NCBI GenBank assembly: GCA_025360745.1
Contig: JANYBP010000005.1
Location: 127 to 64,126, forward strand
DNA: 64,000 nt
Direction of reading: 5' to 3'
Source of the DNA: a bacterium
GTDB taxonomy: Bacteria; Verrucomicrobiota; Kiritimatiellia; CAIKKV01; CAIYGI01
The position numbers and the translations under genes were made by a program. Shown here one piece after another: positions 34,700-43,831 of the stretch. Position 1 is the first letter of the stretch. Each line of letters starts with the position of its first letter. The notes under the pieces were generated by a model. It ran no database searches. It was not told the DNA's origin and saw only the letters and a program-made list of their open reading frames with translations.

Positions 34700-36723
34700 C
34701 GGTGTTTCCTCAGGAAGTGGGCGTAGGCTTCAAACAGCAGGGCGGCCAGGAGTAGACCGATCGTCAGCCAGCCGAAATCGCGGCGGCTCACAAGTCTGCC
34801 CAGGGAACCGGCATCCGTGTAGGTCAGCCCCTTGTCCCTGGCCTGCTCCAGAGCCCTTGCGGTCACGGGCTCCAGCAAACTGTCGCCGGTATCCAGGTTA
34901 TGGCCGAACTGCAGGCGTTCGACCCCATCCTCGCGAATCGAATACAGGCCCGCCGGCAGATCAAGCGGCATGGCCAGCCGTTTTTCGCCGCCGACGCCCT
35001 CCACCGTCAACGCCCTTGAAACCCCCTTTTCGTCAAGCAGCGAATATGCGCGGTCGGGCTTGATGTCGGGCAGCAGGGAATCGCCCGCGCGCTCGTCCGT
35101 CCGGCCGGAGGGAATGCCGCGATCGTGGTACAGCGCCGGCCAGTTGCGGGTTTCCCAGACCATGCGCAGGAGCAGTTGAACAAAATTAGGATTGAAGGGC
35201 AGGCTGGACTGGGCGGGCGCCGGCACAAACCCGACCACCGCGATCCGGCCCAGGCCGTTGGTTCTGACGGCGGCCACGGCGCCCGCCGTGCTCACCAGGC
35301 GGACCTCGCCGGGCGAGATGCCGGAGAGGGTGGCGAAGTTCTTGAAGCGCACGGACTCGGCTTTAAGTTCCGGCGCCAGGAAGAATTCGCCCCAGCCGCC
35401 CGCTAGATGTTGCGGATCGAGGGTGCTTTCCGGCACGAGCGTCGAACGAACGCCCGCCGCCAGCGCCTCGTCAGCTTGTATGGCGGGCAGAAAGGCCAGC
35501 ACGCCGCCGCCGCGTTTGGTAAAGGTCTCGACTTGCGCGGCCAGCGGACTGCCGGGCATCAAGGCCAACCCAAACAGGATCACGAGATGCGCGGAATTGA
35601 GCTGCAGCGTCTCGAACTCCAGCGGCGAGACGCTGCGATAGTTGAGGCTGGCATCCGGCAAGACGCTGCCCAGGGCGGCCTTGACATAGAGGTCTGCCGG
35701 GTACGCGCCGCCATGAGTGGCGGGCACGACGGCCACGACGTTTAGCGGCGGTGGCACGTTGACGGCAGCGTAGTGCACGTTGTCTTCCAGCAATGCGTCG
35801 TTGTCCAACTCCAGCTTCAGCGTGTGCCAGCCGGGGGCCGTGAAGGTCGTCGAGAAGGCCAGGCGGCGGTTTTCCCCGCCTTTCAAGCGGATGATCTGGC
35901 GTTGCTGAATGTGCCGATCCACGGAGACGGTCAATATGCGGTCGCCCGTGGCCACGGAGAGTCCGTTGCGCAGGAGACACTCGAAAAAGGCGGGACGGCC
36001 GCCAAAGGCGCCCTCCGGGGTCATGACCAGATCGGTAATGGCTACGTTATCGGGGGCGGCGCGGGGATCCACCTGCACCCATACCATGGGAAAGCGCGAG
36101 CCGAGCGTGTCCAATGCGCGGGCAATGCCGCCGCTCTCGCCATACCAGCAGGTTTGAAAATCCCCCAACAGCATCACGCGCGAGGCTTCCGCAAAGAGCG
36201 GCAGGGCGCGCACCTGTTCGATCAGTTGCGCGGCGCCGTTGTAGCCCGCCGCGCCCCGGATGCGGGAAAGTTCGGCTTTGAGCAGTCCCTTGTCCGTCGT
36301 GAACGAGCCGATGATCGGATCGAGCTTCGATCCATAGGTAAAGAGCGAGACCGCGCCTTCGTGGCGATCGATCACCTCCGCCGCGATGCTTTTGGCGCGC
36401 TCCAGCCGCGTGCCGCTCTCCAGCCGGGAATTCATGCTCGGCGAAACATCCAGCGCCAGGATCAGGTTTCCTCCCTGTCCGCGCGTGTTCAGAAAGGGAC
36501 GCGCGCAGAACAACGTCAGCGCCAGCAGCAGCAGCAGTTTGGAAATCAGTTTCAGCAGGTCGGTGATTTCGAATTCGCGCCGGTGATTGACGATCGAATC
36601 GCGCATCCACTCGTAGGCCGCCCACGGCAGCACCAGCGTCTTGCGGCTCAGCAGGAAGAGCAGCAGGATGGGGACGGCAAGAAACAGCAGACCCCAAAGC
36701 GCGCCGAGGTTGAGAAAGTTCAC
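34696..36723 (-). CDS. BatA N-terminal + VWA domain protein
   Basis: MNFLN..VPILLLFLL..PWAAYEWM (BatA-type), MIDAS LALDVSPSM, LLGDFQ, DNVHY, C-terminal TM. Confidence 0.82.
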   Translation of the reverse strand: MNFLNLGALWGLLFLAVPILLLFLLSRKTLVLPWAAYEWMRDSIVNHRREFEITDLLKLISKLLLLLALTLFCARPFLNTRGQGGNLILALDVSPSMNSRLESGTRLERAKSIAAEVIDRHEGAVSLFTYGSKLDPIIGSFTTDKGLLKAELSRIRGAAGYNGAAQLIEQVRALPLFAEASRVMLLGDFQTCWYGESGGIARALDTLGSRFPMVWVQVDPRAAPDNVAITDLVMTPEGAFGGRPAFFECLLRNGLSVATGDRILTVSVDRHIQQRQIIRLKGGENRRLAFSTTFTAPGWHTLKLELDNDALLEDNVHYAAVNVPPPLNVVAVVPATHGGAYPADLYVKAALGSVLPDASLNYRSVSPLEFETLQLNSAHLVILFGLALMPGSPLAAQVETFTKRGGGVLAFLPAIQADEALAAGVRSTLVPESTLDPQHLAGGWGEFFLAPELKAESVRFKNFATLSGISPGEVRLVSTAGAVAAVRTNGLGRIAVVGFVPAPAQSSLPFNPNFVQLLLRMVWETRNWPALYHDRGIPSGRTDERAGDSLLPDIKPDRAYSLLDEKGVSRALTVEGVGGEKRLAMPLDLPAGLYSIREDGVERLQFGHNLDTGDSLLEPVTARALEQARDKGLTYTDAGSLGRLVSRRDFGWLTIGLLLAALLFEAYAHFLRKHR

Positions 36724-37634
36724 GGACGTCCTCCCTGCGTCAGGACGCGCGTGTTCAAATACTTGGCAATTGTAACTCCGAAGTTGGCGCTCGTGACGCA
36801 GCGGATGCAGTCCACGTTCAATTTCCGGCTGCGCGTCACGAAATCGTCCAGATATTTGCCGAACAAGGCGTTGTAACTCTGGCGGATGTTGCGGCCCTCC
36901 AGCCGCAACCTTCCGGCGCCCTCCAGTTCCACCAATTCCACGCGGCCGGGATAGTTGAAATCCAGTTCCAACGGATCGAGCACATGCAGCAGAATGACCT
37001 CGTTTTTACCGTATAGCAGACGCTGGATGCCGTCGAAGGTGGCGTCAACGTCCCCGAAAAAGTCGCTGATCACGAAGACCACCTTGCGCCGCCCGATCTG
37101 CTCGGCGAGATGCGTCAGGACGCGCCCGACGGCGGTGCGATCCTTGACCGGGGCTTCCGCCAGGGCCCTGGAAAGGTTGATGGCGGCATCCTCCGACCCG
37201 CTGGGCGGCAGCAAAGTCACGATTTCGTTGGCGAACAGCGTGGCCGCGACCTGATCGCCCTGCGCGGTTACGGCGCTGGCCAGGGCCACCGCCATGAAGG
37301 CGGCGTAATCAAGTTTGCGTCCGTGTTTGTGGGCGAATGTCATGGAGGAACTTACATCCACCAAAATGTGGGCCAGAAAATTGGTCTCCAACTCGTACTG
37401 CTTGGTGTAGTAGCGCCCCGACTTGAAAAACACCTTCCAGTCCAGGTGGCGTAAGTCGTCCCCCGGCACGTACTGCCGGTGCCCGGCGAACTCGATCGCA
37501 AAGCCATGGAAGGGCGAACGGTGATTGCCGACAAAACTCCCTTCGACCCGCTCGAGCGGTTTGAACCCGACCGCCGCGATGTGCGCGATCGCGTCGGGGT
37601 TCAAATATTTCAACAACTGTCTGGGTCGTTCCAT
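36720..37634 (-). CDS. DUF58 (VWA-like) protein
   Basis: GNHRSPFHGFAIEFAGHRQYVPGDDLRHLDWK, LVDVSSSM, VISDF. Confidence 0.92.
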   Translation of the reverse strand: MERPRQLLKYLNPDAIAHIAAVGFKPLERVEGSFVGNHRSPFHGFAIEFAGHRQYVPGDDLRHLDWKVFFKSGRYYTKQYELETNFLAHILVDVSSSMTFAHKHGRKLDYAAFMAVALASAVTAQGDQVAATLFANEIVTLLPPSGSEDAAINLSRALAEAPVKDRTAVGRVLTHLAEQIGRRKVVFVISDFFGDVDATFDGIQRLLYGKNEVILLHVLDPLELDFNYPGRVELVELEGAGRLRLEGRNIRQSYNALFGKYLDDFVTRSRKLNVDCIRCVTSANFGVTIAKYLNTRVLTQGGRP

Positions 37635-37674
37635 CGGTCGCTTTTCTCCGGGCGCGCGCTTGCTTCGCGCAGCC

Positions 37675-38895
37675 TCAATACTTTGGCACCGCGGCGACGA
37701 TCTTTTCGATCACCGTGTCGGTGGTGAATCCCTCGGCCCGCGCCACGTAGTTGAGCGCCAGGCGGTGCCGCATGATCGGCTTGGCCACGCGCACGATGTC
37801 GTCGCACGAAGGCGCCGCGCGTCCATCGATCACGGCGAAACAGCGCGCCGCGATCACGAGATTGATGGTGGCGCGCGGTCCCGCGCCCCAGGCCAGCCAC
37901 TGGTTGGCGGCGTCCACGGCATCCGGGGTTTTCAGACGCGTGGCCCGCACCAGGCGGTTGGCATATTCCACCACGGCGTCCGCCACGGGCATGTCCTTCA
38001 GCACTTTCTGAAGGGTCAGCAGTTCCGCGCCGTCGCAGACCGGGGCAATGTCGCCGAAACCGGTGTTGGCCACCCGCCGCACGATCTGCATCTCCTCATC
38101 GCCGGTCGGATAGCCGACGAAGACTTTGAAGAAAAAGCGGTCCTGCTGTGCCTCGGGCAGAGGGTAGGTGCCCTCCTGCTCGAGCGGGTTCATCGTGGCC
38201 AGCACGAGGAACGGCGACGGCAGATTGTGAATCACGCCGCCGATCGAGACCTGCCGCTCCTGCATGGCCTCCAGCATCGCCGCCTGGGTCTTGGGCGGCG
38301 TGCGGTTGATTTCGTCGGCCAGAATCATGTTGGCAAAAATGGGGCCGGTCAGGAATTTGTACTTCCGCTCGCCGCTGACGGGATCCTCGTAGAGCACGTC
38401 GGTGCCCGTGATATCGCTGGGCATAAGATCGGGCGTAAACTGAATACGCCTGAATGTCAGGTTAAGAGCCCTGGCGAGCGACGAGATCAGCAGCGTCTTG
38501 GCCAGACCCGGAACGCCTTCCAGCAGGCAATGCCCGCCGCACAACACGGCGGCCAGCAGCTCTTCGATCACCTCGTCCTGACCCACAACCACCTTGGCCA
38601 ATTCCCGCCGGATCTCGGCGTGCAGCGAGCGGAAGCGTTCCAACGAGACCTGTCTGGCGTCGGTTGCGTCGAGGGCGCTGGCGGGCGGCTGAGCTGGAGC
38701 GGGGACGGGCGGTTTCGCCACGGCCTGCGGTTCGGGGAGGGGCGCCGGCGCGGCCGCTGCCGCGGGCTCCTTGTCCTTGATCGGGCGGAAGGTCCGTCCG
38801 CCGCAACGCACACAGGAGATATTCCCCAATTCGCTTTCAAGAACCATGTAGTGCGCACCGCACTCCGCGCACGCCGTCTTGATTTCCTGCTCCAT
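37675..38895 (-). CDS. MoxR family AAA+ ATPase with N-terminal Zn-ribbon extension
   Basis: LLEGVPGLAKT, RIQFTPDLMPSD, LADEINRTPPKTQAAMLEAMQE, NPLEQEGTYPLPEAQ. N-terminal CAEC..CVRC. Confidence 0.93.
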   Translation of the reverse strand: MEQEIKTACAECGAHYMVLESELGNISCVRCGGRTFRPIKDKEPAAAAAPAPLPEPQAVAKPPVPAPAQPPASALDATDARQVSLERFRSLHAEIRRELAKVVVGQDEVIEELLAAVLCGGHCLLEGVPGLAKTLLISSLARALNLTFRRIQFTPDLMPSDITGTDVLYEDPVSGERKYKFLTGPIFANMILADEINRTPPKTQAAMLEAMQERQVSIGGVIHNLPSPFLVLATMNPLEQEGTYPLPEAQQDRFFFKVFVGYPTGDEEMQIVRRVANTGFGDIAPVCDGAELLTLQKVLKDMPVADAVVEYANRLVRATRLKTPDAVDAANQWLAWGAGPRATINLVIAARCFAVIDGRAAPSCDDIVRVAKPIMRHRLALNYVARAEGFTTDTVIEKIVAAVPKY

Positions 38896-38896
38896 G

Positions 38897-39616
38897 TTAT
38901 TCCCTGCCTTTCTCCGCGTTTACCGCGAAATCGATCGCCTGGATTGCCGACTGATCCACCTCGACACTCTTTCCGTACACGTCAGCCAGAAGATTTTCGT
39001 TGCGCCAGGCCGGGGGGCCGCACAACCGGTCGCCGTTGCGCAGGGTCACCGCATCCGTGACTAGCGGCGGCGGCCCGGCGATCAGCCAGGCCACATCGCC
39101 GGCGTCGAATTTTTCCAGGCCATCCGCGGTTCTCAGCAGAATCTGCCTCCGCGTGGCCGCCATGATTTTGCCGCCGCGTGTCACACCGTCGGTCTTTACA
39201 ATTTCAAATACGCCCGTCCAATTCGAGCCGCTTTTGAGGGGGAGCCCGCCGGTTTCGAAGCGGATGCGGGAGACGTTCGTCCAGGCCACTTCGATCTCCC
39301 CCGAGGTCACGCCGCGGAAAACCACCAATTCGCTGGTGGCCCGCCGCAGCAGGCCGCTCAACTCTGTTCCGTTGCGCAAGACCAGCCTTTGCCCGGGCGC
39401 CTGCAGCGGGGCCCGGTCGCGACGGAGGCCCGAGACGTTTGTCCAAGGCACGTTCTGACCGCCGGACAAGGATACGCCGGCGGCCGCCAGCCGCACGATT
39501 TCAGCGCTGATTTTTTCGCCGGCGCGCGTGATCACGCAATCCCCGGCCGTCACGGACACGGCGGTCCAGGTCATCAACGCAAAGCCTGCGCGGCGAGATA
39601 TGCGGTTCGTGTTCAT
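38897..39616 (-). CDS. Hypothetical secreted protein with repeated beta-rich units
   Basis: Signal-like N-terminus. Repeats LVLRNGTELSG / VKTDGVTRGG / VTLRNGDRLCG. ATGA overlap with the upstream gene. Confidence 0.7.
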   Translation of the reverse strand: MNTNRISRRAGFALMTWTAVSVTAGDCVITRAGEKISAEIVRLAAAGVSLSGGQNVPWTNVSGLRRDRAPLQAPGQRLVLRNGTELSGLLRRATSELVVFRGVTSGEIEVAWTNVSRIRFETGGLPLKSGSNWTGVFEIVKTDGVTRGGKIMAATRRQILLRTADGLEKFDAGDVAWLIAGPPPLVTDAVTLRNGDRLCGPPAWRNENLLADVYGKSVEVDQSAIQAIDFAVNAEKGRE

Positions 39617-40587
39617 CTCTGATAAATCGGCAGGTAGCGGTAGGGAGTTCCGATCACGAGGATCGCCCAGGAAGTGTTCAGCACATCGCCGTAGTGTCCT
39701 CTTCTCGACCAGTCGCGCAGGACACTCTCGCAAACCTTCGGATAATAGGTCTTCCAGGCGTCGCCGCCGTAATGGTAAAGCGCCACCGAGACGTAATAGT
39801 GGCCGTACCAGCAATAGGGCTGGTCGGTGGTGTTGTAATCGATCTTCTGCATCAGGTACTGGACGGCCTTGGGCACGTTGGGATCTTCCGCAAGTCCGCA
39901 CGACTGGAGGCAGACCGTACCGGCGGCCGTCATGCGCACGCCCCCGTCACCGGCCTTGGCATAACCATAGGTCATGGTGTCCGGCGCCCAATTACGCTTG
40001 ACGTAGCGCACGCCCAGATCCACCGCCTCGCTTGGAACATAAAGTCCGGTGTCCATCGCCGCGCGCAGAGCCATGATCTGCATCACAGTCACGGAGAGAT
40101 CCTGATCCTTGGGAATCGGCGTATAGCGCCAGCCGCCCGCCGTAGTCTGGGCCTTGAGAATAAGTTGAATGGCTTTGGTCAGGGATTCCCGGATCGCGGG
40201 GTTATGGGTCATGCCGTAGGCCTCGGCCAGCGCCAGCGTGGCCAGGGCATGCTGGTACATATTGCCGCTCTTGCCCACCACCAGGTAGCCGTTCTCATGC
40301 TGGCTGCCGATCAGGAATTCGATCCCTTTGCCGATTTTGTCGCCATGCCTGCCGTGCCCCGGGGTGCTGCCGTTGACCATCAGCGCCATGACCGCCAGGC
40401 CGTTTCGGCCGTTGCAGGTTCCCCATGAGCCGTTGGGCTGCTGCGATTTCGCCAGCCATTCCTGCGCCTTCTCAATGGCTTCCTCAACCTTGGGCTCGAG
40501 CGGCACCTCTGCGTCAAAGATAAACTCCGCCCGCGCCGTCGCGGACAGTCCCAGCCAGAGCAGGATTTGCAGCAGGCGTTTTCTCAT
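39613..40587 (-). CDS. Secreted prenyltransferase/squalene-cyclase repeat (alpha/alpha toroid) protein
   Basis: Signal peptide. QW-like repeats WLAKSQQPNGSW, FLIGSQHENGY, ILKAQTTAGGWRY..DLSVT. Confidence 0.85.
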   Translation of the reverse strand: MRKRLLQILLWLGLSATARAEFIFDAEVPLEPKVEEAIEKAQEWLAKSQQPNGSWGTCNGRNGLAVMALMVNGSTPGHGRHGDKIGKGIEFLIGSQHENGYLVVGKSGNMYQHALATLALAEAYGMTHNPAIRESLTKAIQLILKAQTTAGGWRYTPIPKDQDLSVTVMQIMALRAAMDTGLYVPSEAVDLGVRYVKRNWAPDTMTYGYAKAGDGGVRMTAAGTVCLQSCGLAEDPNVPKAVQYLMQKIDYNTTDQPYCWYGHYYVSVALYHYGGDAWKTYYPKVCESVLRDWSRRGHYGDVLNTSWAILVIGTPYRYLPIYQR

Positions 40588-42170
40588 TTCGCGAGTCTCT
40601 CAAAATAGCGTTTGGCATCGTCTTCCATGATCGGCAGGCTTTTCTCCTGCTGCCCGGAAAGCAAGGACTGGCGTTCGTTGGGGGGCAGGGCGGCCTTCCA
40701 GACCCGCGATCCCGCCGGAACCGCTCCAGTCTCCGGCGTAGCCGTGCCGAAGGCCTTTTCACGGCCCTGTTGATCGCCGATCTCCTGGGGCGGTCCCATC
40801 GGTTCCTGCGTCTCGGGCGTCGCCGGCGGCGTTCCGGGTTGCGGCGTCGCGGGCGCGCCCGCCGCCTGGGCCATGAGCGCGTTCATCTTGGCCGACGCCT
40901 GCTTCATGGCCGTGTCAAGTTTCTGCCCGGCTGCGGCGAGCGACTTCTGCGCCGCATCGTTGTTGCCCTGATCCGTTTCCGCTTTGGCGTTGCCCACATC
41001 CTTGCCCGGTTCCGGCAGCGCCGCGTTGTTCAGGTCCTTGCCCAACTGGTCCATTTTTTCGGCGGCGGCCTGGTGGTCTGTCGCGGCCTTGTTTTCCGTG
41101 GACACGGCATCCAGACGGTCCTTGAAATCCTGCAAGGCCGCCATCTGGTTGGCCATTTCGGTCATCTGGCTCAAGGCGGCGCTTTGCGCATCGATCGAAG
41201 CCTTCATCTCGGCGGCGACCTGATCCGCCGCCGCGGCCGCCTGGTTCGCGGCGGCCTGAAAATCCTGGGCGGCCTTCGACAACTGGTTGTTCTGCAATTC
41301 GTTCTGGCCGGCGCGCGTGTTGGCGGCCGCGTCGGGCGCCACGGCTTTGTCGAGCGCCTTGGCCGTCTCGTCGGCTTTCACCATCATGTCCAGCGCCTTG
41401 TCCGCGGTCCTGGCGTCTTCCGGCGCCGCGGCCAGTTTGTCCGCCTCCTTGGACAGTTTGTTCAGTTCCTGGCTGGCGTTTTCCAGGGCGTCCTTGCGCG
41501 CGGCCGCGGCGGCCAGTTCGTTCTCGCGCATGCCGGACTCCTGTTCCAGCGCCGCCACGGCCTTTTTCATCTCGTCGGCGGCGAGCTTGGGGTCGCCCTC
41601 CACGAGTTTCTCGGCGGCCTGCTTCATATCCTTGACCGCCTCGGTGTTGGCCGTCATGTTCGTCGCGGCGCGGATCTCGCGCGCCAGGTCGTCGGCCTTT
41701 TGCTGCTGCGCCTCCGTGGGAGCAACGGCATCCCTGGCCAGGCTGTCGGCGGCCTGGCTAAGCGCGCGGATTTTCTCCAACGCGCCCGCATTGTCGCCGG
41801 CCGACATGGCGCCAAGGCGCCGTCCCAGACCCAACAGGGTCTTCGAGATGCGCTCGTGCCCCTGCCTGGCTCCCAGCAGGCAGGCCGCCTGATTGGTCGG
41901 CTGTTTCAAGCTTTGTTCGAGCATGCGCAGGACGGCTTGCATGTCGTTATTGCGCACCGCCGTCAGGCGCAGCGCGACATCGCGGTTCGATGCTATGTTC
42001 TCTGAAGAAAAAACGTTGCTGGTGTCCATTTCGCCCGCCAGGCTCTCGATCCGCGCCGACGCATCCTTGATCGCCGTGTCGCTTTGCATGGCGTCCCGCA
42101 GCGCATCGTCGCCGAAGGCCATTCCGGCGCCAGCCAGCGCTATCAACCAGAGCCACGCGCACTGTTTCAT
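40584..42170 (-). CDS. Secreted Ala/Gln-rich coiled-coil protein
   Basis: Signal peptide, long heptad-like A/Q/K/D-rich body, Pro-rich tail, terminal WKAALPPNER..KRYFERL. Confidence 0.75.
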   Translation of the reverse strand: MKQCAWLWLIALAGAGMAFGDDALRDAMQSDTAIKDASARIESLAGEMDTSNVFSSENIASNRDVALRLTAVRNNDMQAVLRMLEQSLKQPTNQAACLLGARQGHERISKTLLGLGRRLGAMSAGDNAGALEKIRALSQAADSLARDAVAPTEAQQQKADDLAREIRAATNMTANTEAVKDMKQAAEKLVEGDPKLAADEMKKAVAALEQESGMRENELAAAAARKDALENASQELNKLSKEADKLAAAPEDARTADKALDMMVKADETAKALDKAVAPDAAANTRAGQNELQNNQLSKAAQDFQAAANQAAAAADQVAAEMKASIDAQSAALSQMTEMANQMAALQDFKDRLDAVSTENKAATDHQAAAEKMDQLGKDLNNAALPEPGKDVGNAKAETDQGNNDAAQKSLAAAGQKLDTAMKQASAKMNALMAQAAGAPATPQPGTPPATPETQEPMGPPQEIGDQQGREKAFGTATPETGAVPAGSRVWKAALPPNERQSLLSGQQEKSLPIMEDDAKRYFERLAK

Positions 42171-43831
42171 GGTTTGACCCGCTTTTCCGTTGCGAGCCGC
42201 TGCCGCAAGGCCTCGCTTTGGCGTTGTTCGTCTTCGCTGAACTTGAGCAGCAAGCCGCCAACTTGCTGCAATTCCGTCTCGATCATGCGCCGCAATTCCT
42301 CAGGCGGCACCACGGCGATCTCGGCCTGGTCCGATTCGGCGCGCTGCGCGCCCGGCGGCGGCCGGTTATCGATCGCGTAGCCGCGCACCACCATGCGCTG
42401 CCCCGGCGTCAGACCCAGTCCCGCGACGGTCTTCGTGATGCGCACACCGGCTTCGCGGCCCGCCGGCGCGGCGGCGGCGCGGAACGAATCCTTTTTCACC
42501 AGCACGTCCGTGTTGTCGCGGCGCTCATAAACCTCATAACTCACTCCCGCCTCCGTCAGGCCATAGTCGTCGTGCGCCACGAAATCGAAAACCAGCAGCC
42601 CGATCGGCGCGACGGCGCTGTTGGGCTTGGGAGTGTGGAGTTCGATCGTGGGCGGGGTGTCGCGGGCAATGTTGACGCAGCGCGGGCTGGCGGCCACGAT
42701 GCCCACGCCGGCGGCGTTGGTCATGGCCACGGCGTAGTTCCAGCTATCGGTGAACACACCGCCGCCTCGCCAGTTGCCTTGCTCGTCGGACTTGCACTCG
42801 ATGCGCCGGCCTTCGCCTTCAAGTCCGCAAACCACAACCTGGCTGTCCGGTTCGATCTTGAACGCGACCGCGCTGCCTTCCGGCACGGTCACCGAGTCCG
42901 AGGATTCCTCCCGGCCCGGCAGGCCGGTGTAAGCGGGAGGCGTGACGGTCAGCGTGACCTTCCTGGCCAGGGGCGGCGTGTGGACGGCCACCGTGAAGGG
43001 CTCGGTCTCGGCATCGCCCAGCGCGCAGGTGAATGAGAAGGATTGCTCCGGCGCCTGGATCGTGGCCGAAAAGGTCCCGTTGGTCTGACTTTTCAACGGC
43101 ACCGAGAAAGAGCGCCGCCCGTGCCGCCGCACGGTGAGCAGGCCGGAAACCGGGACGCGGCCCTCAACCGAGAGTTCCACCGGGTAATCGACGCGCGCGG
43201 GCGCCACGCGCGGCCAGAGGCCCGTGATGATCCGGGTCGCGGTCGGATAAGCGGTGGACAAACCCAGCAGGCGGCGCGAAAAGATGCAAGTCCGCGGCCA
43301 GACCGCGGCCAGACCGATCGCGACGATCAGGGCGGTCGCGCCAAGTTTTCGCATCAGTCTGATGTGTGCGGCCGCATACAGCGCCACCCGGGCCGGATCC
43401 CGGGCCTGCCTCTGAGCCGCCTGGATCACGATGTTTTTGAAGGCGATCGCCCCTGGAATGGCGGGCCGTTCGCCGAATTCGAGCGCGGAAACGATCATCG
43501 AATGCGAATGTCCGCCGCTATTCTCTCCGGCCAGTTCCACTGCGCGCGCCGTGGCATCCAGCGTGCGGTAGGGGACAATCCAGCGCCGCGCCACGCGCGC
43601 CGCCCAGACGAGGCCGGCCGCCGTCAATCCGGCGCTAAGCAGGATGCGTACGCTGCGGGGAAAGCGCACCAGGAAATCGGCCAGGAAGTACACCCCGAAG
43701 CCCAGCGCCGCCAGCGCAACCGCATTGACGATAAAGACGGAGACTTCCACGCGCAGATAGCGCCGCGCCGCCACCCGCAGCCGCCCTTGCAGCCAGGCGA
43801 CCGACTCCAGCGTGCTGACGGACTCGTTCAT
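42167..43831 (-). CDS. DUF4175-like membrane protein with Ig-like domains
   Basis: Three N-terminal TMs, VTPPAYTG, DTPPTIEL..AHDDYGL, AIDNRP. Confidence 0.72.
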   Translation of the reverse strand: MNESVSTLESVAWLQGRLRVAARRYLRVEVSVFIVNAVALAALGFGVYFLADFLVRFPRSVRILLSAGLTAAGLVWAARVARRWIVPYRTLDATARAVELAGENSGGHSHSMIVSALEFGERPAIPGAIAFKNIVIQAAQRQARDPARVALYAAAHIRLMRKLGATALIVAIGLAAVWPRTCIFSRRLLGLSTAYPTATRIITGLWPRVAPARVDYPVELSVEGRVPVSGLLTVRRHGRRSFSVPLKSQTNGTFSATIQAPEQSFSFTCALGDAETEPFTVAVHTPPLARKVTLTVTPPAYTGLPGREESSDSVTVPEGSAVAFKIEPDSQVVVCGLEGEGRRIECKSDEQGNWRGGGVFTDSWNYAVAMTNAAGVGIVAASPRCVNIARDTPPTIELHTPKPNSAVAPIGLLVFDFVAHDDYGLTEAGVSYEVYERRDNTDVLVKKDSFRAAAAPAGREAGVRITKTVAGLGLTPGQRMVVRGYAIDNRPPPGAQRAESDQAEIAVVPPEELRRMIETELQQVGGLLLKFSEDEQRQSEALRQRLATEKRVKP

